Origin: a virus
Length of the DNA stretch: 64,000 nucleotides
Direction: 5' to 3' (one strand)
IMG/VR virus record: IMGVR_UViG_3300021963_000027
Coordinates: 96,001-160,000 of that record
Each line of letters begins with the position of its first letter. Within the stretch, counting starts at the first letter, position 1. Below the pieces are notes generated by a model. It was given only the letters and a program-made list of their open reading frames with translations. It ran no database searches and was not told where the DNA came from. The position numbers and the translations under genes were made by a program. Positions 1 through 9,873 of the stretch are shown in pieces.

Positions 1-1
1 G

Positions 2-109
2 TTTTGTGTTAAACATTTGTATTTTACCCCCTTTGATTGTTCGGGAATTCAAAACAAATTTCACATCACGGAAAATTAATTTTTTTAAATGTTCTTCGAT
101 TCTGTTCAT
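2..109 (-). CDS. Hypothetical protein, partial (runs off window start)
   Basis: ATG at 109 overlaps the TGA of the 106..519 ORF (ATGA); open to the window edge (MNRIEEHLKKLIFRDVKF...). Confidence 0.5.
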   Translation of the reverse strand, partial: MNRIEEHLKKLIFRDVKFVLNSRTIKGGKIQMFNTK

Positions 110-519
110 GGATAAGGGTCGAGATTGAGTTCGTTGTCCATGTATCGCAATTTCTCGTTTGGACTCATGGGGAATATATTTTCATTGAAAAACTTCCAAA
201 AGTTATCATCTGCTGGGATTTTTTGGACGAGGTAGCACATGTCCATTGAGACATTTCTAAAGTCCTGCATGAAGATATCCCAAGTGACAACCAGATCATG
301 TCTACGCTCATCAACTTTTTTGGGGTCGAAAGAACCTGAAAAGTTCAAAGTTGTCTTACCATTATAAGAATTGAGAATCTCCATACTGTTCGTACACAAC
401 ATCTGACGAATATAAGGTCGTCCTGGTGAGCGTTCAGGTCGCCTACGAACAATTAATAAATCGCAAATATTACTTTTCAGCAATCTTTGCAATTCACTTC
501 GTCTTAATTTTTTCAGCAT
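106..519 (-). CDS. Hypothetical protein, possibly WYL-like/SH3 beta-barrel
   Basis: 137-aa ORF in operon; LVVTWDIFMQDFRNV resembles DUF2693-type proteins. Confidence 0.45.
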   Translation of the reverse strand: MLKKLRRSELQRLLKSNICDLLIVRRRPERSPGRPYIRQMLCTNSMEILNSYNGKTTLNFSGSFDPKKVDERRHDLVVTWDIFMQDFRNVSMDMCYLVQKIPADDNFWKFFNENIFPMSPNEKLRYMDNELNLDPYP

Positions 520-922
520 TTACTTCACAAACGCCAAACATGCGCTGTTCATTCAAGAACAAACCGTTCTTCACTTTACCGTGACCTGTTACTTCCAAAT
601 TGGTGATTGGAATACCCATATTATTGGGGAACACTACGATATCACCGACTTCAGTGTATCGCACGTTTGGTCCTTTGAGGATGACTTTACCTTTTCTCCA
701 AGCATTATGAACTTGAGCAACAGGAATTGCAATTCCTCCACGTAGGATATAGTCACCTGTTTCTTCTCCTGTGACCAAATCACAATATTCAAGAAGCATC
801 ACATCGTCAAAAAGTTTGGATAGACTATAATCATCCAAACCAAAATCACTTGGTAGTGCTTTATCACTAAGGTCAATGTGGGATTTTTGAGGGGCTAAAA
901 CATCAATAGATACTTTCGACAT
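494..922 (-). CDS. GroES/Cpn10-like co-chaperonin
   Basis: GKVILKGPNVRYTEVGDIVVFP and FLNEQRMFGV match the Cpn10 pattern. Confidence 0.7.
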   Translation of the reverse strand: MSKVSIDVLAPQKSHIDLSDKALPSDFGLDDYSLSKLFDDVMLLEYCDLVTGEETGDYILRGGIAIPVAQVHNAWRKGKVILKGPNVRYTEVGDIVVFPNNMGIPITNLEVTGHGKVKNGLFLNEQRMFGVCEVNAEKIKTK

Positions 923-927
923 GAATA

Positions 928-933
928 TATTTA
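928..933 (-). promoter_or_regulatory. Late promoter core TAAATA
   Basis: TAAATA-N5-ATG(922). Confidence 0.6.
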
Positions 934-944
934 TTCATATTACT

Positions 945-1715
945 TTATATGTCAAATATAATTTTTCCTTCTGATAAAGATTTAACAGAAATTGGTGTTT
1001 TACCTCTTTCAATAAAAAGATCTCTCATATTTATGAATTTTTGAAATTCTTCATAATCTGGTTTGATTTCAAAAATACCACCACAATTGAGAGATTTCAA
1101 TTGTTGCTCTGCAATAGCGGGAAGTTTTGATTCATCACCTATACAAGATAAATGATAATTTATAGCTCCAAAATTATAAACAAAATGTATATTTTCTTCA
1201 TCTTTGATCGCTATTTTTTTATCATTCGATATTTTACCATAAAAAACAGAATCGCCTCCCGAATTTTTTGAAAAATGTTGATAACCTTTAATATCAAAAT
1301 ACAAATCTGGTGTATAAGCTATCGCGTTCGGAGCATTCACGCCTTCTTCAAATTTTCCACCATACACAATATATGATCTGATATTTCTATACATTTGTAT
1401 ATGAGGATTTTCTTGAAATTTCCTAACGTGATATGATATTTGTTCAGGAAAAAATATATCATCGTCATCCAATGGCATGATCAAATCATAATCTTTACCC
1501 ATGACTGCACCGATATTTTTTTTAACATCTAATATCAATTTCTTATTGATGTTTAGGATGAATACCCTCTCATGATCAAATTTGATATTAACATTTGGAT
1601 CATCATTTATTATCACCAAATCTGAATTTTCATGTGTTTGTGATAAAAATGATGCTACCATTCTTCCCAAAAAAGGAAGTCTGCCATAAGTTGGAGTGAC
1701 TACTAATACTTTCAT
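945..1715 (-). CDS. GT2-family glycosyltransferase
   Basis: VVTPTYGR, IINDD, PLDDDD (GT-A fold motifs). Confidence 0.85.
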   Translation of the reverse strand: MKVLVVTPTYGRLPFLGRMVASFLSQTHENSDLVIINDDPNVNIKFDHERVFILNINKKLILDVKKNIGAVMGKDYDLIMPLDDDDIFFPEQISYHVRKFQENPHIQMYRNIRSYIVYGGKFEEGVNAPNAIAYTPDLYFDIKGYQHFSKNSGGDSVFYGKISNDKKIAIKDEENIHFVYNFGAINYHLSCIGDESKLPAIAEQQLKSLNCGGIFEIKPDYEEFQKFINMRDLFIERGKTPISVKSLSEGKIIFDI

Positions 1716-1972
1716 AAATTTTTTCTTTTAGATATATATTTGATATTTTTTCTTTTCAATTTGGGAATTACATTTTCAAAGAATCGAAATGTTTCTTCGT
1801 CGGTATCGAATATCTGTGAGTATCTATTTACTGTCTCGTTAGCATATTTCAACAGATCTTTATCATAGAAACTTAAGTAACGAGTGACCATGTATGGTGA
1901 AAATTCTTCCAACAATTCATTGGTCATCTCACTTTTCTTATCGAAAAGAATATGATTTATGGTGTTAAACAT
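1712..1972 (-). CDS. Clamp-loader small subunit (gp62-like)
   Basis: FSPYMVTRYLSFY...ANETVN...FFENVIPKLKRKNIKYI resembles the gp62 pattern. Confidence 0.6.
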   Translation of the reverse strand: MFNTINHILFDKKSEMTNELLEEFSPYMVTRYLSFYDKDLLKYANETVNRYSQIFDTDEETFRFFENVIPKLKRKNIKYISKRKNL

Positions 1973-2736
1973 AAGCGATTATTGATGATGTTTAGATACT
2001 CCTCACTGATCTCACTACCTAAAAAGTTTCTATTATTTTTAATAGCCATTTTAGCAGTAGTCCCACTTCCCATAAATGGATCGTATACCAAATCGCCTTC
2101 ATTTGACCAGCTTAAAATATGATCTTCTGCTAATTTTTCAGGAAAGATTGCTGGATGTTTGTATGCAATTTTATCATCAGAACCATAACCACCTCCTTGG
2201 GTATACTTCCAAATATTACGTCGAATACCAAATTCAGGAGCGATCTTACTTTCATATTTCTCACCCATAGTCCCATCTGCTTTTCTACGCTGGCGAGTCT
2301 TACCCCAACGCTCTCTCCATTTATTTGGTCTGTCGCAAATAGGATTGAATGTTTTGACTTTATCTTTAGATAAAACAAACATATATTCAAATGCAGGGTA
2401 ATATCTATTTTTCACTGGCGAGACTCCGCTCTTTTCATAAATGATGACATCATGTAATTTGAAACCAATTTCTTTGAAGTAAAGAGCTTGTCGAAAACTC
2501 GTTCCAGATTTATCACCATCTTTAGTCTGATCACCAACTACCCAAACAACAACTCCACCTTTTTTAGTGACTTTAAAAAGTCCTTTGGCTACATTTTCAA
2601 AATCAAATGAATAACCATTATAAGTTCTCAAATCATCATATGGAGGACTGGTAACAGTTAAATCGATAGATTCTTCTGGCATCCTATTCATAGTATCCAG
2701 ACAATTTTCATTATATATTTTATTAATTTCAAACAT
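1957..2736 (-). CDS. DNA amino-methyltransferase, beta class (N4-C/N6-A)
   Basis: TSPPY motif IV precedes DPFMGSGTT motif I; HPAIFP; likely start MFEINK at 2736. Confidence 0.92.
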   Translation of the reverse strand: MFEINKIYNENCLDTMNRMPEESIDLTVTSPPYDDLRTYNGYSFDFENVAKGLFKVTKKGGVVVWVVGDQTKDGDKSGTSFRQALYFKEIGFKLHDVIIYEKSGVSPVKNRYYPAFEYMFVLSKDKVKTFNPICDRPNKWRERWGKTRQRRKADGTMGEKYESKIAPEFGIRRNIWKYTQGGGYGSDDKIAYKHPAIFPEKLAEDHILSWSNEGDLVYDPFMGSGTTAKMAIKNNRNFLGSEISEEYLNIINNRLCLTP

Positions 2737-3496
2737 CAACTTTAAACATTTTATCGTGGTAAATATCAATCGCTTCTCTACCATTCGGGAACCACTTGGA
2801 AGGGAAATAAGATATCTTATTTCCAATCAAAGCTGCCCACCAAGAAAAAGTAGAGTTGCTCCCCACTACGATATCACACTTCGACATATATGCAAGCTCT
2901 TTAATATCAGATTCTGATTTCATTATAATAAATTCTTTACCTTTAAATTCTTCTAAAACAATTTCAGGTGAATCTGTGAATACAATAATTTTATTCCCCT
3001 TCACATCTTCAGGTGTGAAAGTATCGAATAATTTATTAAAGTATTCAGTTTTACATACATAATGTATAGGAGCATGAACGATATAATCACCTCTTCTTAT
3101 ATGAAATGCAACGTTCAGATTGTCTCCATATCTGGGAAGACTATCAACTTCTGGTAAGTTCAATAAAGAAATAAATTCATCTTTATATTCTTCAAAGTAT
3201 TTCAAAGATTGGAAATATCCGCTCAATGATACAGACCCCTCATGGAACGGTAATTCATCATAATTAAATCTTTTTTCACGGATACCAATCACATCTCTAG
3301 TGAGACGATTACCATATTCAAAATTCTTGAAGATCGTATCTTTATACACCAAAGGATTAGTTCCTTGACCAGCAAACCAATTATAAGGGTTGATGATCAA
3401 TTTCTTACCATGTTTCTTAGCATAAGCATAACCAGCAGCTATTTGAAATAACTGATTACCCACGCCACCAATAACATTTACATAACAATTAGACAT
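2729..3496 (-). CDS. Alpha-1,2-fucosyltransferase (GT11)
   Basis: GGVGNQLFQ, GYFQS, HIRRGDY, NSTFSWWAA; start MSNCY at 3496. Confidence 0.92.
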   Translation of the reverse strand: MSNCYVNVIGGVGNQLFQIAAGYAYAKKHGKKLIINPYNWFAGQGTNPLVYKDTIFKNFEYGNRLTRDVIGIREKRFNYDELPFHEGSVSLSGYFQSLKYFEEYKDEFISLLNLPEVDSLPRYGDNLNVAFHIRRGDYIVHAPIHYVCKTEYFNKLFDTFTPEDVKGNKIIVFTDSPEIVLEEFKGKEFIIMKSESDIKELAYMSKCDIVVGSNSTFSWWAALIGNKISYFPSKWFPNGREAIDIYHDKMFKVDV

Positions 3497-4172
3497 ATTT
3501 AAAATCGTAATAATGATTTCTATTTCTTTCAACATCGATATCATCTACGTGATGAGAATATCCTATATGTTTAACATATCCATCCATTAATGTCACAAAT
3601 TTATGATTAAATTTGTTTTTTAAAAAGTGTCCTATTTTAGTTTCACCGCCAATTTTATAATAATTACCTAATTTATCATAATCTGATTTTCTAATCAAAG
3701 AAGGATTGAATGTGAACCCCGAATAAATACCTTCCCACATAGGGAGTAGTTCTTTAAATTCTACACCATCATATTCTTCAATTTCATTTAATGTGGGGTG
3801 ATTATGATCATTTCGATCTCTAATCCAACATTGGAAAATATTTGAATCGCTTTCCAATAACTTTAAACTTTTATTTAAATATCCAGATTTGAAAAATAAC
3901 CAATCATCTTCACAATGGAAGATGTATTCAGTATCAACATGTGAATACATTTTATCAATACTTTTTATCTGACCAATTCTTTCGTCATTTGTTATCAATT
4001 CTACAAATTGATATTTTTCTCTAATGTTTGAATGGCATTGACTATCAGTAGAATCATCAATTATAATGAATTTTTCGATATCGTAATCACATGTCTGTAA
4101 AAAAGATGATAAAGTTTGATCTAATAAATCAAATCTCCCGCAAGATGTCATACAAAATGTTATTTTTTTCAT
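3489..4172 (-). CDS. GT2-like glycosyltransferase
   Basis: TSCGRFDLL, IIDDS, HCEDDW. Confidence 0.8.
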   Translation of the reverse strand: MKKITFCMTSCGRFDLLDQTLSSFLQTCDYDIEKFIIIDDSTDSQCHSNIREKYQFVELITNDERIGQIKSIDKMYSHVDTEYIFHCEDDWLFFKSGYLNKSLKLLESDSNIFQCWIRDRNDHNHPTLNEIEEYDGVEFKELLPMWEGIYSGFTFNPSLIRKSDYDKLGNYYKIGGETKIGHFLKNKFNHKFVTLMDGYVKHIGYSHHVDDIDVERNRNHYYDFKYV

Positions 4173-4178
4173 TTTTTT

Positions 4179-4772
4179 TTATTTTTTTCTTAGAATCAAT
4201 CTAATAGATTTGTAAACATTTGACCATCCTTCGTGAGTTGGGTTAATATCTTCGGACATTTTAATCACATCAAAATATTTTTTAAATTTATTAAGCAATT
4301 TGACATCATCTATTACAAGATGATCATCAGAAGACACTGTTCTCAAATCATAATAAATCCAGAATTCACCATTATCATTTAATGAATTAAAAATTTTATC
4401 AACAAAATTGTAATCAGGATCATTGAAATGATCTATCACATTCAAACAAATAATAAAATCGAATTTATCATCGATATTTGAATATAAAATATTATCACTC
4501 AATATTTTATATTTATTCAAAAATTCATATCGTTGAATTTTTGATAATTTGTTTAAAAGTGGATCTAGTAATACCAATCTTCCAGAAAGATCAATATCAT
4601 TGTATTCACTGATTGGACATCCACCACACCCAATTTCTAAAATATTCCCCGATGATATTTTTTCAAATGGGAAAAATTCTTTATAAAATTTTTCATGGTG
4701 AAAGGGCATTTTATGACCATTAATCCAATAATTTAATTCATGATTTTGTAAATATTCGTCACTGTAATTCAT
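4179..4772 (-). CDS. Class I SAM-dependent methyltransferase
   Basis: ILEIGCGG, FDFIICLNVIDH. Confidence 0.8.
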   Translation of the reverse strand: MNYSDEYLQNHELNYWINGHKMPFHHEKFYKEFFPFEKISSGNILEIGCGGCPISEYNDIDLSGRLVLLDPLLNKLSKIQRYEFLNKYKILSDNILYSNIDDKFDFIICLNVIDHFNDPDYNFVDKIFNSLNDNGEFWIYYDLRTVSSDDHLVIDDVKLLNKFKKYFDVIKMSEDINPTHEGWSNVYKSIRLILRKK

Positions 4773-5556
4773 ATTTTTCGTTTTGTTCTTTTAATCTCGT
4801 GTCTATGATATCTCCAACTTCAAAAGCATTGAAATATCGCCAATTTCTAGCATCATCTGGATGCCAGTTATTGACATCACCTCTAGGCATTTTAACCTTT
4901 TGCCAAAATTCTTTAGATTGTGTCGGGTAATGATTGATAATCATATCATAATCATTTTCAGCATTTGTCAAGTTTATATTAGAAGAACTAGAAACTTTAT
5001 GAATTTCTAAATTTTTATTATTAAACTTTTTAGTGTTAAGTATATATTTCAAACTTGCAGCGTTTTGCTCAACCCATTCACCGTTTGGTAACGGGGCATA
5101 TATAGTTTGATTTTCATCCATTCTCTTAACACATGAAGAAACGATAGATTTTGGATGATCAACGTTGCCATTTGAATTAAAATTAAACCAATTATTATAC
5201 ACAACTTCATAATTATAATATCGATTTAATGTGTCACTTAATAATAGATTATTCGGGGAATATACAAATTCATCTAAATCGTTGATCATAAACCATTCCG
5301 ATTCACCGATCACTGGTGTTAAAAATTTATTATAAGCTATACTCTGTCTGTTTGGAATTTTGGGAATATCATTTTTAAAAATAGTTATTTTTCCTTCTTC
5401 TTGGAATGGTTGTATGATTTCTTGATAATCATCGTCGCTATTATCATCTATCATGTAAATATGCTCAACCCCTCTATTGAGATAATGGGTGACCCATTCT
5501 CTCATATTAAGAGATTCATTTTTAAATATGCAACCTAAAGTTAATTTATATTTCAT
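4759..5556 (-). CDS. Glycosyltransferase (GT92/GT2_4-like)
   Basis: IFKNES..REWVTHY..GVEHIYMIDDNSDD, DLDEF, INHY. Confidence 0.8.
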   Translation of the reverse strand: MKYKLTLGCIFKNESLNMREWVTHYLNRGVEHIYMIDDNSDDDYQEIIQPFQEEGKITIFKNDIPKIPNRQSIAYNKFLTPVIGESEWFMINDLDEFVYSPNNLLLSDTLNRYYNYEVVYNNWFNFNSNGNVDHPKSIVSSCVKRMDENQTIYAPLPNGEWVEQNAASLKYILNTKKFNNKNLEIHKVSSSSNINLTNAENDYDMIINHYPTQSKEFWQKVKMPRGDVNNWHPDDARNWRYFNAFEVGDIIDTRLKEQNEKYELQ

Positions 5557-6259
5557 GACCTGTTCCCTCAAATCTTGGATATTCTGACATATTTTTATCT
5601 TTATGAATTATTTTTTTTTCGACTTCCAATGACCATTTTTCAGGATATGCATACCCCGAATCTAAGACTGTAATTTCATCTATAGGAATACTTGAAAAGT
5701 ATTTATTCAAATGGGATTCATCATGCCAAACGGCAACGATATTATTTCGTAAATCGATATCAATATTTTTATTTAGATTATCAATTAAATTGCAAATATT
5801 TAATGATTTACCACCCCATAAACAACCTTGTATGTATGGTCTATCGGTTTTAAAAGGTAGATAAGCAGTGGATTTCGAATTCTTCTCAGTAGTCCAAAAA
5901 GAATTATCAAAAATATTAGCAGGATGGGATACGCCAAAAATAGATGTATTTGGCATTTCATCTATTTTCGAATTTATTATTAAATCACAATCCATATAAA
6001 TGATATAATCATATTGTGACAATTTTTCAATTTGAGAATTGAAAAATTTAAATCTCTGTAAAGTTATAAATGGCCAAGATTGATGCCCTATTTTATTAAA
6101 AATTATGTTATTTTTTTCACTATGGAAAATATTTTCATCCGAAAATGTGAAGATATCCTTTTCGTAATTAGTTAAAAAATATTCATCAATCGATTTGATC
6201 AAATCACATAAAAGTGATTTGTAATTATTAGTCGCTATTGTTAGTATTGCAATTTTCAT
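5546..6259 (-). CDS. GT6 family (ABO/alpha-1,3-Gal/GalNAc transferase-like)
   Basis: IATNNY, WPFITLQRF, DCD, AVWHDESHLNKYF hallmark; start MKIAI at 6259. Confidence 0.92.
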   Translation of the reverse strand: MKIAILTIATNNYKSLLCDLIKSIDEYFLTNYEKDIFTFSDENIFHSEKNNIIFNKIGHQSWPFITLQRFKFFNSQIEKLSQYDYIIYMDCDLIINSKIDEMPNTSIFGVSHPANIFDNSFWTTEKNSKSTAYLPFKTDRPYIQGCLWGGKSLNICNLIDNLNKNIDIDLRNNIVAVWHDESHLNKYFSSIPIDEITVLDSGYAYPEKWSLEVEKKIIHKDKNMSEYPRFEGTGHEI

Positions 6260-6260
6260 A

Positions 6261-7076
6261 TCAAATAATCCAACTTTTAGTATATTGTTCCAACTCCTCC
6301 CGCTTAGTATTACCACAAACAAAATCAGAATGTCTCCGATTATTATCGTAATACGGATGCTTTTCTCTTACAGTATTCTCGTGTGGTAAATGCCATGCGA
6401 TTGCATTTTTATCTTCAACTCTATCGATAAAACACCCCATTTTATTAAATCTAGCTAAAATCTCATCGTCTTCATAACCCCATCCTTTAAAATTTGGATT
6501 ATAACCATTGCAACGAATAAATGTTTCTTTGCTGAACATCACCATACCACCTTTGCTATGTGGATGCGCTACTAGGAAATTATCATCCTGATCATAAGGG
6601 ATCGGCTTCAATGATTGAGACTTTTCCAATAGATCAACCAAGGATTGATTTTCCGCAAATTTTTCAAACATTGGTTGCTTCAAATGGATAAACATTCCAT
6701 TATAAGGGTAAATGATTCTACCCTTACCGTACTTTTCGAATTTATATTTAGCTTCATGTAAAAATACTGGATCGACAATCACATCCGTATCACCAGCAAT
6801 CAGATAATCCACATCCAAAATTTTGGACATCTCATTGAATGCCTTGGTTCTCCAATAGACATCATGGTTTACCATGAACAGACCTTTACAGTCATATTGC
6901 TTACAAAGTCTCTTGAAGTCCTTATCCAATTCCTTGTCGTCATTTAGAATGGCGATCTGGAGATTTTCTGAGTTCTCTCGATAAAATTTCACAACCATTT
7001 CCAGATTGCGAAAGCGGTCATCCACATCCCTACGGAAATGGATCATCAAGCCAATGTTATTAAGGTCTGTTTTCAC
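6261..7076 (-). CDS. Glycosyltransferase with GT7C (galactosyltransferase-like) C-terminal motif
   Basis: AGDTD; GYNPNFKGWGYEDDE. Confidence 0.85.
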   Translation of the reverse strand: MKTDLNNIGLMIHFRRDVDDRFRNLEMVVKFYRENSENLQIAILNDDKELDKDFKRLCKQYDCKGLFMVNHDVYWRTKAFNEMSKILDVDYLIAGDTDVIVDPVFLHEAKYKFEKYGKGRIIYPYNGMFIHLKQPMFEKFAENQSLVDLLEKSQSLKPIPYDQDDNFLVAHPHSKGGMVMFSKETFIRCNGYNPNFKGWGYEDDEILARFNKMGCFIDRVEDKNAIAWHLPHENTVREKHPYYDNNRRHSDFVCGNTKREELEQYTKSWII

Positions 7077-7077
7077 T

Positions 7078-7899
7078 TCAATTATTTTTCTTATTTTTCA
7101 AAAAAGTCAATACTTCTTTTTCATCTGTATCAGAAACACCGTCTCTTCCAAATGGATAAATACCGAATTTTTCCTTGAAGTATTCCATGGAACTCCGAAT
7201 ATTACTCCCCCATTTCTGCATGGATTCTGGAGTCTTGATGGATGAATTTTCCTCTGAACACGCTTGCTCTTCAATGTAATTCGAAGAATTTGCCAGATCA
7301 GTCCACCACCAATAAGGAGTGGAATATCCTTTCAGGGCAAGCTCATAGCTATGGGAAACATGATCAAAAGCATTTCGGAATTGCTCATCAATCAGACCGA
7401 CATCTTCTAGACACTTGCGGGAATAGTAACAGAACGCTCCCACACAATGCTGGTTGAAAGCTAAGGAGAAATCTCCATAATCCACCACCAATCGGGGGGA
7501 TGGCTTGCCTTTGGAGATACCGTTCTTATTGGCTGGTCCGTGATAGCCGAACATCAGGTGTTGGATTCCGCTTTTCTTTGAAGCATTGATATATGCTCGA
7601 AAGATATTGGGGTCTTTGATGAGCATATCATCTTCAATTAGAAAGATGTGATCACATCCCTTATCTAAAAGATGTTGCAATGCTTGATTCTTTGAAATAG
7701 CAACGCCAGTATTGTCTGTATGCTGTATTAGATCCACAGTATTTGAATAAATTGTAGGAGTGACGGCATAAGGATTACCGTCATTCACTACAACATATTC
7801 ATCAATATGGTTAGAGCATAGCTCCAAAGATTTCCAACATTTCCAGAAAAAATCTTCTCTATCTTTGGTTATAACACCAACACCAATTTTCCCGCTCAT
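7078..7899 (-). CDS. GT2-family glycosyltransferase
   Basis: VVNDG, TGVAISKN, FLIEDD, VGLIDEQF. Confidence 0.82.
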   Translation of the reverse strand: MSGKIGVGVITKDREDFFWKCWKSLELCSNHIDEYVVVNDGNPYAVTPTIYSNTVDLIQHTDNTGVAISKNQALQHLLDKGCDHIFLIEDDMLIKDPNIFRAYINASKKSGIQHLMFGYHGPANKNGISKGKPSPRLVVDYGDFSLAFNQHCVGAFCYYSRKCLEDVGLIDEQFRNAFDHVSHSYELALKGYSTPYWWWTDLANSSNYIEEQACSEENSSIKTPESMQKWGSNIRSSMEYFKEKFGIYPFGRDGVSDTDEKEVLTFLKNKKNN

Positions 7900-7900
7900 A

Positions 7901-9460
7901 TCAAAAATTATTAGATACTAATTCTCGGATTTCACTCAATGTCCAGTCTTTAATAAGCTCTCCATTCTTGAAAACATTCACGAATGCGCAATTTTTCACA
8001 TCATCCCAAGTCGCTTGATCTTTCATAGTGAAACCATTTTCAGTTTCATACACAGCGATCAAACCTTTGGCAGATTTTTTAAGTCCATCATCAGTTTTAG
8101 GATCTTTGAAGATTTCAATACCTTTGCGTTCACCGTTCACTAGAACTTCACCATAAGTAGATTTGACTGCAAATCCGTGAGTATCTCTAGTGATAATAGC
8201 ATCAGGATTTATAGCACCTTGATAGGTAAAGCTGCCAATACCAAAGACAATGTTAGTCGATGCAAAGCCTTTATCAGCGAGACGTTGGCAGATTTGCTCT
8301 GCGCGCTCAAGAGTAATGCTATCACCATAGATTGCTCCAATGTGAGAGTCGAGCATCTTATAGCCAGTCGAAGAGACTGTGCCACCAAAGATCTCCCAGA
8401 GGCAAACAATCAGGCCCTTACGCTCAAGTTCCGATGGCAATGTAACGCCACCGCTATAACTACGAGCATGTTCAAGGGCCGTCCATTCTTCATCAGTATA
8501 GCCAGTAACAATCTTCACTGGATCACCACTGTCAGGACGAATGACAACCTTGCCATCACGAGCCATGATCAAATCTTTAAGCTGAGCACAAATGCCGCCA
8601 TCAGGATTGACTACGTTCCAGAAGTCCCAGGTATCAGAGACGATACTGACAATGCCATTTGGATAAAGTTCGGTGATGAGACGTTTAAAAGTTCCGACTT
8701 CATCTTCAAGTCCACCCATGCACATCACACTGTGTTCCGTAGCTGAGACGCTACCACCAACGAGTTCTTTATCAGAATTTGCGTTGTAATACTCTTCAAG
8801 GTAGTCAATGGCAGGAACAGTGTCAGTTCCAGTAAATGCCAGCAAGTGACCAGCACCACTCATAACAGCGGCATCGAATCCAAAGTGTCCACGGAAACTG
8901 AAGTCATGACCTTGCCATGGCACGAAATCAATCATTTCGGGACTGGTTTTTTTGCACCACTCATTGAGAATTTTACGATACATAACTGCCGTAGTAGAAC
9001 TTGTGCATGGACCCCAAAGATTGGAACTGATGATAGTTTCGATTGCATTCGTCAACCAGAAAAAATTATCGTTAGTATTCCACATGACAAGCATGGGAAC
9101 TCTCAAATTAACAGCAGAACCTTCTGGCAATGCCCAAATTTCCAATGGGAGATGTCCAAGAGCATGAAGATCACGGATATGTTGCTCGCCAATACCATTC
9201 GGTCCGAGATAATTTTTCAGACGACGATTGTAATCAGCAACTACTTCTTCAACATCTTTTTGGAAGAATTCTTCATTCCATTCCTTAATAAGATGTTCTT
9301 TGATAAACGCTTGAAGTCCGAAGAAAATAACTTTATCAAGTCCTTTCACGCGACTACCACGAGCGGTCATATTGCTATAAACAAGCAAGCTATTTTCTGG
9401 ATATTGACGACGATGATCACATTTGTATCCATCGAAGCTGAGATGCGGTTTCTTTTTCAT
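7901..9460 (-). CDS. nadV: Nicotinamide phosphoribosyltransferase-like (Nampt/NadV; candidate Namat)
   Basis: DGYK, HDFSFRG, ATEHSVM, SIVSDTWD, VVIRPDSGDP, IYGDSIT, KSAKG. Confidence 0.93.
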   Translation of the reverse strand: MKKKPHLSFDGYKCDHRRQYPENSLLVYSNMTARGSRVKGLDKVIFFGLQAFIKEHLIKEWNEEFFQKDVEEVVADYNRRLKNYLGPNGIGEQHIRDLHALGHLPLEIWALPEGSAVNLRVPMLVMWNTNDNFFWLTNAIETIISSNLWGPCTSSTTAVMYRKILNEWCKKTSPEMIDFVPWQGHDFSFRGHFGFDAAVMSGAGHLLAFTGTDTVPAIDYLEEYYNANSDKELVGGSVSATEHSVMCMGGLEDEVGTFKRLITELYPNGIVSIVSDTWDFWNVVNPDGGICAQLKDLIMARDGKVVIRPDSGDPVKIVTGYTDEEWTALEHARSYSGGVTLPSELERKGLIVCLWEIFGGTVSSTGYKMLDSHIGAIYGDSITLERAEQICQRLADKGFASTNIVFGIGSFTYQGAINPDAIITRDTHGFAVKSTYGEVLVNGERKGIEIFKDPKTDDGLKKSAKGLIAVYETENGFTMKDQATWDDVKNCAFVNVFKNGELIKDWTLSEIRELVSNNF

Positions 9461-9462
9461 AT

Positions 9463-9873
9463 TTATTTTGTATTTTTGTTTATTTTTTCTAAGAGTATTT
9501 CTAAAGTTTCTAGAGCTTGTCCTAAACCCGCTCTATCACAAAGTAAAAGATTATAGTAAATCTTACCATCGTTTCCAATTTTGTCTAGTAAATTTTTGTT
9601 AAGTCCTTCAATTTTAATAAGGTTGTCTTCAAAAAATTGTTCAATTTTTTCAAATCTTTCTTTCTCCGAAGCAGTGAAAACAATTAATTTGAAATTATTT
9701 TCATTACATCTTTTCAAGATATTGATAACTTCTGAGGTATCATAATCGTCTTTATAAGGGCAAACTGTGTCATCAAAGTCTACTGCAATAATTAAAGAGT
9801 TATGCTCTTTCCATTGTTGGAATAATCTCTCTGCACAATTTTCAGATTTCGTAAAAGGATGATTATATCTCAT
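9463..9873 (-). CDS. Small HAD-superfamily hydrolase
   Basis: IIAVDFDDTV (motif I), LIVFTA, LLCDRAG. Confidence 0.65.
   Translation of the reverse strand: MRYNHPFTKSENCAERLFQQWKEHNSLIIAVDFDDTVCPYKDDYDTSEVINILKRCNENNFKLIVFTASEKERFEKIEQFFEDNLIKIEGLNKNLLDKIGNDGKIYYNLLLCDRAGLGQALETLEILLEKINKNTK

Noticed and set aside
8177-9556. Long plus-strand ORFs (189 and 236 aa)
   Set aside because: Antisense to the well-supported Nampt gene, with no motifs.
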